In this document: piece by piece, positions 31,186 through 40,854 of the stretch | Position numbering within the stretch: the first letter of the stretch is position 1 | Layout: the number at the start of each line of letters is the position of its first letter | Assembly: GCA_038141425.1 (NCBI GenBank) | Contig: JAYQIC010000003.1 | Span: 151,175-215,174, forward strand | Direction: 5' to 3' | Source of the DNA: Rhodospirillaceae bacterium | GTDB taxonomy: Bacteria; Pseudomonadota; Alphaproteobacteria; UBA7985 | Length of the DNA: 64,000 bases | Translations under genes and position numbers: made by a program | The notes under the pieces: model-generated | Told to the model about the DNA's origin: nothing | What the model saw: only the letters and a program-made list of their open reading frames with translations | The model's database searches: none

Positions 31186-31289
31186 TCTGAACCGGTTTGA
31201 CCCCTTAACCTTTCCGCAACCTGCCATCGGCTCGCTCAGACTAAGGATCTAAAGCTTTTGACCACAGAAAGTTTGAGCGAGCAGACCTT

Positions 31290-34200
31290 GTGCGGGCGGC
31301 CCTGGAAAGTTTGTTCTCCGGCGATCAGCGCGCCTCTGCTCATTCGCTGGCGGCTCAGGCCCGGTTTGAGACGGTGGGCGAGGGGCAGGTTCTCATGACC
31401 GAGGGCGCGGCGGCAGATGACCTGTTCGTGCTCTGCGCCGGGCGTTTGCATGTCTATGCCCGTGATGGCAGCGGCGCGCTGGGGCTGGTGGCGTCGATTG
31501 AGCAGCCCGGACAGGTGGTGGGTGAGCAAGCCTTCATCGACGATCGCAAGTTTCGCAACGCCACCCTGATTGCGCTCCAGAGTGGCCGGGTTGCGCGCAT
31601 TCCCGGTGATGCGTTCCGGGAGCATCTGGCCCGGGATCAGGCAGCGCTGGCGCGGCTCTCGGCCGTCGGCGGACGGCAGTTGGAGCATCGCCTGAGTGCA
31701 CTGGCGCTCGAACTCGATGACAGTTTGGGTGCTGCACTCACCCAGTCCGCCCCAGAGCCCGGCAGTTTGAGGCCGGAGAGAGCCTGTTCATCGCCGGGGA
31801 ACCAGCGCGCCAAGCCTATCTGATCGTGAGCGGACAGATCGGCCTGACCAATCCTCACAATGGCAAGACCGAAGCCCGGCTCGGGCGCGGGCTGACGCTG
31901 GGGGTCGATGCAGTGATATCCGGGGGCGAGCATCCGCTCAACGCCGTGGCGCTGGAACCAACGGAAGTTGTGGCGCTGTCCGATGCTGCGATTGAAGCGC
32001 TGTCGGACCAGACGACTGCGGACGCAACCCCGGGAGGCGGTCTCGCGCTGGGGCAGGGTATTCAGACATCGTCGACCCATGTCGCCCTCTCTTCGACCAG
32101 CCGAGATCTGGGCGGGGCCTGCATCACGACCGATTTCCTGGCGCCCGCAGGGGGCGTTGTCCGGGTCAAGCACTACCCTGAGCGGGGGCAAACTTACGCA
32201 CTGATCAAAGGGGCCGACGTTGCCGGCGCGCGGGTGGTTGCGGCGCCGGCGGGCGACCGGCTGCTTACGCTCGACCCCGACACGGATGAGGTCCGGGGGC
32301 TGTCTGCGCCCTCGGATTGGACCGATCTGCCCCGGGCCATTGATCTGCTGTTGCAGGGCCAGCAGCTCAGCGCCATCCAGCAGGAGGCCTTCTCGCAGCA
32401 TGGTCGACTGCTGGTGGGCGATCATGCCGACGGTGAGGGCAGCTTGAGCGGCATGGTCTGTTCGTGCCGTGCGGTGACTGCGATCCAGCTGCATGACATG
32501 GCAGCGGAGGGCGCTTCGGTCGAAGACATGGTCGCGCGCACCGGCGCAGGAACGGTCTGCGGGGGTGCAGGGACATGCTGCCGCTGTTTACCCAGACTGC
32601 GCAAGAAACGCTGTGCTGGATCGAGCCGGAAACCCTGCCGGGTGGGGTGGTGCGTGTCCGGCTCAACATGGGAAATGGAGCCAGCGGTGCCGCGCGGTCA
32701 GTATTTGAAACGGCGAAAGTCGGCGATTTTGTCCGGGTCAGCGCCATGGTCAAAGGACAGTGGCTACAGCGCCCCTTCACACTGACGGATTGGGATGAGC
32801 GCAGTCTTGAGATTACGGTAAAGCTCGAAGAACCCGGCCAGTATTCTGACTGGCTGCGCGCCGCGGCGCCCGGTGATCTGTTCAAAGTCGGGACGCCCGA
32901 AGGGCACGCCTATGGCGTCGAAGGCGACGCCCGGCCGCTGGTGTTCATTGTTGCCGGGATTGGGGTCACCCCTGCGCTGGCGGCCGTGCGCAAGCTCGCC
33001 GGTACGCGCGCCCTCGATGTCCGCTACGTGTACCGGGATCCGGCCGAAGCCACGGGCTTGCCGCAGCTGGAGTCTCTGGCGCGGGCCGGTGATATCAGTC
33101 TGGCCACCTTTGCTACCGGGACCAGCGGCGAAGCGCGTGGACAGCGCCCTTCTGTCGAGGCCTTGATCGACGGCATCCGCACCATGGGACCAGCGCAAGT
33201 GGTGGTATGCGGGCCTGAGGGCTTCAATCACCCGCTGAGGGAGGCGCTGGTGTCCGTCGCCGACGCCGAAGTCTTCGTCGAGGACTTTCAGGAAACCATC
33301 GGCCGGGGTGTGAACACGGGTGCTGCCGCGGCACACGCGATCCGGTCGCCCGGCTTTATCCCGGATCGGGCGCGGGAGAGCCTGTTTACCCGCAAGGCAC
33401 CGGGCACCATGGCTGAAGAGGCTGAGGACTTCCTGCGTGAATTCTACCGCAGCGAACGCCCTGACGATGATCCCACAGAGCGCCTCGGCACGGTGATGGA
33501 GGCCATCGGTAGCCAGGGAAGCTGGCGCAAGACGGCTGACGAATTGGCCTTTGCTGCGCAGCTGGCGTGGCGCAATGCACCGCGCTGCATCGGACGGCTT
33601 TACTGGAAGGGCCTGCACCTGCGCGACGGCCGCGATCTGCAGACTGCCGACGATGTCGCCCGGGCGCTGTTCGAGCACATGCGCTTTGCCTTTAACGGTG
33701 GGGCCATCCGCCCCGCGATCACGGTTTTCAACCATGGCGGGCCCGAGGGCAGGCGCCGCGGATCTGGAACTCGCAGCTGCAGCTCTACGCGGGGTACCGT
33801 CTGCGCACCGGCCAGCAAGTCGGTGATCCGGCACAGAATGCCCTGACCGAAGCCATCATGGCACTGGGCTGGGAGCCATCGGGAAGCCAATTCGAGATCC
33901 TGCCACTGGTAATTCAGGGCAGCGACGGGCATCCGCAGCTGTTCGAATTGCCAGAAGATGTCCGCTACGAAGTGCCATTGATTCACCCGGGTTATCCTGC
34001 ATTCAGCGCCATGAAGCTACGCTGGCACGCGGTTCCCTTTGTCGCTGACCTGCGACTGGATGCAGGCGGCATCACCTATCCGTTTGCGCCCTTCAATGGC
34101 TGGTTCATGAATACGGAAATTGCAGCAAGAAATCTGATCGATCATAACCGCTACAATCTGCTTGAAGCGGTGGCCGAAGCCATGGGGTTGGATCAGCGCA

Positions 34201-34508
34201 ACGAGCGCGACCTGTGGCGGGACAAGGCCCTGATCATGCTCAATGAGGCCGTAATCGCTTCCTATGATGACGCCGGTGTGCGGCTGGCCGATCATCACAA
34301 CGCGACCCTCGATTTCGTTGAGTTCTGCCGCGCGGAGCAGCGCGCCGGGCGCGAGGTTTTTGGCGAATGGATGTGGTTGGTGCCGCCGGTTTCAGCGTCT
34401 CTGTCGCCCCTCTACCAGCAGCCCTTTGCCAATATCTCGGTCAAACCCGCCTATGCGCGTCAGCCCGCTATCTGGACTTCAAAGCCCCCTGCCGCGGATC
34501 ATCCGTGA
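31290..34508 (+). CDS. nos: Multidomain nitric oxide synthase: CAP_ED - CAP_ED(degenerate) - unassigned ~150-170 aa - BFD-like [2Fe-2S] - FNR-type FAD/NAD(P) reductase - NOS oxygenase domain. Frame broken three times at homopolymers (31750-31753, 32561-32565, 33747-33749)
   Basis: NOS hallmarks: AWRNAPRCIGRLYWKGL (Cys codon 33586-33588), PRIWNSQLQLYAGY, FNGWFMNTEIAARNL, ADHHNATLDFVEF, VPPVSAS. FNR motifs: RPFTLT, GIGVTPALA, VVVCGPEGF. BFD motif: CSCR..(30 aa)..CGGC. First cNMP cassette: GEQAFIDDRKFRNATLIA. Confidence 0.8.
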
Positions 34509-35089
34509 CCGCGATCGAGGCTGCGCGAATGACCCCGCGTGTGGGGGCTCTCGCCCGAAAAACTGCGCCTCAGTTGTCCTGAAGGACGCCCATGGAGCAG
34601 TTCGAGGAACCAGGCCTCGTGCTCGATCTCTTCCTTGAGGATGTCCTTCGCAAGATCGTAGGTCACAGGGTCCTTGCCCAGCGTCATGGTGCAGAGCCGG
34701 TTCCAGTTCACGACGGCGCCCTGCTCAGCCTTCAGGCACATCTTCAGGATATCCTCCACCTCGATGGGGCCATTCGGAAGCTGGAGGAATTCACAGCCTG
34801 ACATGCCGATGAAGTCCTGCGCATCCCGGGGCAGCGTACCGCCGAGTTCGAAGATGCGCTGGATACAGGACTCATAGTGGCTGAGGTCCTCCATCCGTGC
34901 GTCTTCTATGATGCCCTTCAAGTGCTCGCCTTCCGGTCCTGTGCAGTGGGCACGGATGTTGGTGAGGTAGTAGTAGGCGGTGAACTCGACTGATGCGTTC
35001 TTGATCAGCGTATTCAGGATTTCGTCAACATCGGCACCGTTCTTCCGAAGCACGTTAATGCCGACCACTTGGTAATCATTGTTGCTCAT
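34499..35089 (-). CDS. Ferritin-like / Dps-like (DPSL-type) di-iron protein
   Basis: From MSNNDYQVVG at 35089. Four-helix-bundle ferritin-like pattern with E..H and EEIEHE motifs (FTAYYYL, EDLSHYE, LKAEQGAV, KEEIEHEAWF). Convergent with the nos gene and overlaps its 3' end by 10 nt. Confidence 0.65.
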   Translation of the reverse strand: MSNNDYQVVGINVLRKNGADVDEILNTLIKNASVEFTAYYYLTNIRAHCTGPEGEHLKGIIEDARMEDLSHYESCIQRIFELGGTLPRDAQDFIGMSGCEFLQLPNGPIEVEDILKMCLKAEQGAVVNWNRLCTMTLGKDPVTYDLAKDILKEEIEHEAWFLELLHGRPSGQLRRSFSGESPHTRGHSRSLDRGHG

Positions 35090-35170
35090 GGACTTTCCTG
35101 CGTTGCGGATGTTTGCGGCGTGCCGAACGGCGCGGAGCGTAAGCACGCGTGTGGTTGATTGAAGGCTGGG

Positions 35171-36045
35171 TCAGGGTGAGCTCTGCCGAGCCAGTGGTAG
35201 GGTCAGGCAGGTCGCGCCGCCTTCCCCGGGAAGCTGATCTCTGCGCCGACGTAGGTCTGAACCCGGCAGCCGGCCTGCTCCAACAGAGCCTTGGTTTTTG
35301 CCAGGCCGTCCAGCATGACCACGTGCCGGGGACCGATCGCCAGCACGTTGCAGGCCATAAGTTCATATTCGTCTTCGGGCACCTGCAACATCCGGATTCC
35401 GCGTGCTTCAAGCAGGTCAGCGAAATCGTCGGGGATGGACGGCGCGTGCACGAGTGCGAGGTCGCGGTCCAAGGGCGAGATGATCATCATCAGGTGGAAG
35501 ACATCGTCCGGGTGCCGGGGCTCTGGCAGGGTCACCGCGTGGACGTTAATCGATGCACCCAGCATGCGCCTGAGCTGGTCAATGCCGGCGTCGTTGGTCC
35601 GAACCCCGCGACCGACGGCCATGGTCGTTGCGTCGAGCCAGATGACGTCGCCCCCTCGACCAGCCCTGGTGGTTCGATCTGTCCAAGAACACCGAGGCCG
35701 GTTTGCTCCTCGATCAATCTTGCGTTGATCGACGGCTCGGCCTGGCGGCTGGCGCGCCCCATTTGGCACAGAACCAGCCCCTTGGGCGTTACCACGGTAG
35801 CGTCGCGGGTATAGACGGCATCGAGGGTCAGGGAAGCGGGGCCGGAGAGGTCGACCACTTCCGCACCGTTATCCACGAGAATGGTCGCGCAAACGGGCGT
35901 GTTCTGCGCAGGCGCGGTCAAAGTCCGGCGCGCCCCGGTAGCGAAGGGACTGCCATTGCTGACCAACTTTGTCACCGGACTGGTAGGCGTGCTCGGGGGA
36001 CCGGACTGCGACTTGCGTCAGCAAACTAAACTCGTCTTCAATCAT
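35171..36045 (-). CDS. Guanidino-group-modifying enzyme superfamily protein (DDAH / amidinotransferase / arginine-deiminase-like, DDAH-sized), frame broken about three times (near 35215, 35650, 35890)
   Basis: Fragments give LDAVYTRD, GGDVIWLD..MAVGRGVRTNDAGIDQL, DDVFHLMMIISPLD and ACNVLAIGPRHVVM. A C-terminal GEGGATCLTLPL with the expected catalytic Cys appears once the last frame break is repaired. Confidence 0.65.
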
Positions 36046-36312
36046 CTCCGTACCTCTGGGACGCTGACGCTTGGTCAAGGCAATAACATTAGTTTAAATG
36101 AATGAACCATAGAAGCGCAACGTGTCTTGGGGCGTTCGCCTTTGCGCATGGCAATAGGGGCTTGCAACGTTCCTTTCTGGGATCGGCCGTTCTGCTGGGC
36201 CGCGAGGTGCGGGCTGGCGAACCGGCAATAATGTTTTTTCCCCGTCGCTAGACCTTGCATCTTCAGCGATTCCTGATCAGAGTTGAGCCTTGGGAAAACA
36301 GGAGAGTTTCTT

Positions 36313-37857
36313 ATGCTACGTTTCATTCTCTTAACCGCTACAGCCCTGAGCCTGACCGTCACGGCAGCCTCGGCTGAGACCATCCGCTGGGCGCGCGCCG
36401 GTGACTCGCTGACGCTTGATCCGCACTCTCAGAACGAGGGCCCAACCCACGCTCTGGCACACCAGATTTATGATCCGCTGCTGCAGCGCGACATGTCTGG
36501 CGCAATCATCCCTGCGCTGGCGACCGAGTGGGCGACCCTGCCGGGTAACCCGAATGTATGGCGCTTCAAGCTGCGTGAAGGCGTGACCTTCCACGACGGC
36601 GCTGCCTTTGATTCCGAGGACGTGGTGTTCTCGCTGAACCGCGCTAAGGCCGATACCTCCGAGATGCAGGAACTGCTTGCTTCGGTGATCGATATTCGCG
36701 CCGTTGACGCCTACACCGTTGATCTTGAGACCGAGGGTGCAAACCCGCTGATGATCAACAACCTGACCAACACCTTCATGATGGACAAGGGCTGGGCCGA
36801 GGCCAATGACGTCGTCAAGCCGCTTGACCACAATGCGGGTGAGACGACCTATGCGACCTCGAACACCAACGGTACCGGTGCGTTCATGCTCGTCAGCCGT
36901 GCAGTCGACGAAAAGACTGTCCTGAAGGCGAACCCGAACTACTGGGGCGCAGACATTTACCCGAACCAGGTGAGCGAAATCATCTACACCCCGATTCAGT
37001 CCTCCGCGACCCGCGTTGCGGCCCTGCTGTCGGGTGAAGTTGATATCATCCAGGACGTTCCGGTTCAGGATCTGGGCCGGGTGGCTGACACCGCTGGCCT
37101 GAAGGTCGTGACCGCGGCGCAAAACCGCGTGATCTTCTTTGGCGTTGATAACGCTGAAGGCCCGACCTCTGACGTCCGCGTTCGTCAGGCGATGAACATG
37201 GCCATCAACCGCGATGCCATCAAAGCCATCGTGATGCGTGACCAGTCCGACCCAACGGGTGTCATCATGCCTCCGTTCGTAAACGGCTGGACCGACGCCC
37301 TGAACGAGTTCCCTTCGTACGACATCGATGCTGCTAAGGCGCTGATGGCTGACGCAGGGTACGCGGACGGCTTCGACATCACGCTGAACTGCCCGAACGA
37401 TCGCTACATCAACGACGAAGCCATCTGTCAGGCTGCTGTCGGCATGATGGGTCAGATTGGCATCAACGTGACCCTTGATGCGCGTCCGAAAGCGCAGCAC
37501 TTCCCATTCATCAAGGAAGGCAACTCTGACTTCTGGATGCTGGGTTGGGGCGTACCGACCTTCGATTCCCACTACATCTTCAACTACCTGCTTCACACGA
37601 ACATCGGCAGCCGCGGTTCCTGGAACCCGACCGGTTTCAGCAACGCAGAAGTTGACGAGATGATTGTCAGCCTGGAATCCGAGACCGATCTCGCGGCCCG
37701 GGATGCGACCATCGCCAAGATCTGGGAGATCGTCCAGGCCGAGCAGGTTCACCTGCCGATCCACAACCAGGTTCTGAACTGGGGCATGAGCGATGGCATC
37801 AATTTTGATGTTCAGCCTGAAGACCAGCCACACTTCCAGTTCCTGACCTTCAACTAA
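36313..37857 (+). CDS. ABC transporter substrate-binding protein, family 5 (peptide/opine/nickel type)
   Basis: Intact ORF. ATG at 36313 after GGAGAG. Signal peptide MLRFILLTATALSLTVTAASA. SBP_bac_5 pattern. Followed by DppBCDF-like genes. Confidence 0.9.
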   Translation: MLRFILLTATALSLTVTAASAETIRWARAGDSLTLDPHSQNEGPTHALAHQIYDPLLQRDMSGAIIPALATEWATLPGNPNVWRFKLREGVTFHDGAAFDSEDVVFSLNRAKADTSEMQELLASVIDIRAVDAYTVDLETEGANPLMINNLTNTFMMDKGWAEANDVVKPLDHNAGETTYATSNTNGTGAFMLVSRAVDEKTVLKANPNYWGADIYPNQVSEIIYTPIQSSATRVAALLSGEVDIIQDVPVQDLGRVADTAGLKVVTAAQNRVIFFGVDNAEGPTSDVRVRQAMNMAINRDAIKAIVMRDQSDPTGVIMPPFVNGWTDALNEFPSYDIDAAKALMADAGYADGFDITLNCPNDRYINDEAICQAAVGMMGQIGINVTLDARPKAQHFPFIKEGNSDFWMLGWGVPTFDSHYIFNYLLHTNIGSRGSWNPTGFSNAEVDEMIVSLESETDLAARDATIAKIWEIVQAEQVHLPIHNQVLNWGMSDGINFDVQPEDQPHFQFLTFN

Positions 37858-37926
37858 GACCCTGATGCACGCGCTGACTGATCCCCTGACGGGGGTCGGT
37901 CAGACGGCTTCAGGCTTATAGGAGAG

Positions 37927-37968
37927 ATTGAGCCCTGGCGGTCTGTCGCCCGGGCTCAATCAACTTTT
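37927..37968 (+). terminator. Long intercistronic hairpin plus short U-tract after the binding-protein gene
   Basis: ATTGAGCCCTGGCG-GTCTGT-CGCCCGGGCTCAAT (13 of 14 bp pair) at 37927-37960, followed by CAACTTTT. It ends 7 nt before the dppB-like ATG. Confidence 0.5.
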
Positions 37969-37974
37969 GGCGCT

Positions 37975-38962
37975 ATGCTTCTGATCATTCTCCGGCGCCT
38001 GGGCCAGTCGATCTTCGTACTGTTCTTGGTCGCCTTCATTTCGTTCATGATCTTCCGCTACGTTGGCAACCCGGTCGATAACCTGCTGGGTCAGGAGGCC
38101 ACGACTGAGCGACGGGAAGCGCTGATAGAATCACTAGGGCTGAACGACCCTCTGCACGAGCAGTACTTCGGGTTCGTGATCCGCGCGCTGCAGTTTGATT
38201 TCGGCGTGTCGTACCGCACCGGGGAACCGGTGGCAGAAATGATCCTCAATCGCCTGCCGGCAACCATCGAACTGGCGCTGGTTTCGGCGGTGTTCGCCAT
38301 TCTTGCTGGGCGTTGTGGCGGGTGTTTACACGGCCATCAATCGTCGAGGGTTTATCGCCAATACGATTTTGTCGACGTCGCTGATCGGGGTTTCGCTGCC
38401 CACATTCCTGATCGGGGTGCTGCTGATCTGGGTGTTCGCGGTCGAGCTCAAGTGGCTGCCGTCATTCGGCCGGGGCACGTCGGTCGACATCGGGTTCTGG
38501 TCGACGGGGTTCCTGACCGTCTCGGGCCTGAAATCACTGATTTTGCCGGGCATCATGCTGGGTCTGTATCAGATGACGCTGATCATGCGTCTGACCCGGG
38601 CTGAGATGCTGGAGGTCCTGCGCCAGGACTACATTAAATTTGCCAAGGCACGCGGGCTGTCTGACCGAACGGTCTATTTCGGCCACGCGCTGAAGAATAC
38701 GCTGGTGCCGGTGATCACCATCGCGGGCCTGCAGCTGGGCTCGATCGTCGCCTTTGCCATCATCACCGAGACCGTATTCCAATGGCCCGGTGTGGGGCTG
38801 ATGTTCATCAATGCCGTCTACTTCGTCGATATCCCGGTGATGAGCGCCTACCTGCTGCTGGTTGGTACGCTGTTCGTGCTCATCAACCTGATCGTTGACC
38901 TGCTCTACCTGCTGATCGACCCGCGCCTGCGCGATGGTCAGCTGCGTGGGGCAGGGGGCTAG
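37975..38962 (+). CDS. ABC transporter permease (DppB/OppB type), one frame break near 38300
   Basis: ORFs 37975-38604 and 38303-38962 join. BPD_transp_1 EAA loop (RLTRAEMLEVLRQDYIKFAKARGLS). Confidence 0.85.
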
Positions 38963-38980
38963 GCCGGGGAGACCAGAGAC

Positions 38981-39889
38981 ATGATGCGACGCTTCTTCCA
39001 ATCCGACTTCTTCTACGCTTTCACGCGCTCCCCGCTGGCCATGGTGTCGCTGCTCGTGGTGGCGCTGATGGTCCTGAGTGCGGTCTTCGCCAACTTCATC
39101 GCACCGACCAACCCCTTTGACCCGGCGAGCCTGAACCTGATGAACGGCTTTACCCCACCCATGGAAGCCAACATGTTCACCGGTGAAAAGTTCCTGCTGG
39201 GAACCGATGACCAGGGCCGGGACTTGTTCTCTGCTATCCTCTACGGGCTGCGGGTATCGCTGTTCGTTGGCATGATGGCGGTCGGACTGGCCATGGTACT
39301 CGGCGTATTGCTGGGGTTGATCGCCGGTTACGTGGGCGGTTGGCTGGATACGCTGATCATGCGTCTGGCCGACATTCAGATGACCTTCCCCTCGATCCTG
39401 ATCGCCATGCTGATCTTCGGCGTTGCCCGCGGCTTGCTGCCCCCGGAGCTGCGCGAGGAGATGGCGATTACCGTACTGATCCTGTCCATCGGCCTCTCCG
39501 AATGGGTCAATTTTGCCCGGACGGTGCGGGGGGCGACCATGGTCGAGAAGGAAAAGGAATACGTTGCCGCCGCGCGGTTGATCGGGCTCAACCGCTGGCA
39601 GATCATGCTGCGCCACATCCTGCCCAACGTGCTCGGGCCGGTGCTGGTCATCGCCACGATCACGCTGGCGCTGGCGATTATCGCGGAGGCGACGCTGTCC
39701 TTCCTCGGGGTCGGCGCACCGCGGACCGAGCCGAGCCTGGGCACGCTGATTCGGATCGGACAGGACTTCCTGTTCTCCGGTGAGTGGTGGATCCTGCTGT
39801 TCCCTGCGCTGACGTTGCTGGCGCTGGCGCTGTCGGTCAACCTGTTCGGTGACTGGCTGCGCGACACCCTCAATCCGAGGCTGCGCTGA
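38981..39889 (+). CDS. ABC transporter permease (DppC/OppC type)
   Basis: Intact 302-aa ORF. EAA loop (ARTVRGATMVEKEKEYVAAARLIGLN). Confidence 0.9.
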   Translation: MMRRFFQSDFFYAFTRSPLAMVSLLVVALMVLSAVFANFIAPTNPFDPASLNLMNGFTPPMEANMFTGEKFLLGTDDQGRDLFSAILYGLRVSLFVGMMAVGLAMVLGVLLGLIAGYVGGWLDTLIMRLADIQMTFPSILIAMLIFGVARGLLPPELREEMAITVLILSIGLSEWVNFARTVRGATMVEKEKEYVAAARLIGLNRWQIMLRHILPNVLGPVLVIATITLALAIIAEATLSFLGVGAPRTEPSLGTLIRIGQDFLFSGEWWILLFPALTLLALALSVNLFGDWLRDTLNPRLR

Positions 39890-40854
39890 TGACTATGAAA
39901 ACTCTGCTTGAGCTCAAGAATATCGAGGTCGCGTTCAAGACCCGCCACGGCGTGCTGAAGGCGGTGGATGACCTGTCCCTGACGGTGAAAGAAGGCGAAA
40001 TCCTCGGGATTGTGGGCGAGTCCGGCGCGGGCAAGTCCATGACCGGTGCTGCCATCATCGGCCTGATCGACCCCCCGGGGCGGTTATCAGCGGGTGAAAT
40101 CTGGTTTGGTGGTGAGCGCGTGGATGAGCACCCTGAGCGTCTCCGCGGCCGTGAAATCTCGATGATCTTTCAGGACCCGCTGACCAGCCTTAACCCGCTG
40201 CGCACCGTGGGTGACCAGTTGGTCGAAACCATCCTTGCGCACATGCCCGTTTCCAAAGAAGAGGCCGAGAAGCGCGCCCTCGACGGCCTCGCTACGAAGT
40301 CGGCATCGACCCCGAGCGCATCAACGCCTACCCGCACGCCTTCTCCGGGGGATGCGACAGCGGGTGGTGATCGCGCTGGCGCTGGCAACCGAGCCCAAGC
40401 TGGTGATCGCCGACGAGCCGACCACGGCGCTTGACGTGTCGGTGCAGGCGCAGGTGCTGGACCTGCTCAAGCGGCTGTGCCGGGAACGGGGCACGTCGGT
40501 CATTCTCATCACCCACGACATGGGCGTGATCGCCCAGACAAGCGACCGGATCGCGGTCATGTACGCCGGACGCCTCGCCGAGATCGGCGGCACCCGGGAG
40601 GTTCTGACCAACCCCAGCACCCCTATACGCAGGGGCTTATGGCCTCGACCCCGAGCGTCGATGCCAAGTCCTTCGGCGCGGCCCTGTTCCAGATCCCCGG
40701 CTCAATGCCCAAGCTCGATGCGCTGCCTTCGGGCTGCGCCTTCAACCCGCGCTGCCAGTACGCCCACGACCGCTGCCGGCAGGAGCGACCATCGGTGCAG
40801 GCGGGCCGGGCTGCGTGCTGGCTGCTGGAGACCGAGCAGGAGGGCGCCGCATGA
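39889..40854 (+). CDS. ABC transporter ATP-binding protein (DppD/OppD type), frame broken near 40295 and near 40612
   Basis: Walker A GESGAGKS, signature FSGGMRQRVVIA, Walker B IADEPTTALD and a C-terminal oligopeptide-type extension (HPYTQGL...CAFNPRC), recovered from three frames. Confidence 0.8.

Noticed and set aside
36079-36232. Three copies of GGCAATA in the gap between the DDAH-like gene and the Dpp-like operon, and a short GCGCAA...TTGCGC stem, considered as a regulator site or riboswitch.
   Set aside because: A 7-mer occurring three times in ~150 bp is weak evidence. No known riboswitch consensus is recognisable, and the stem is only 6 bp.
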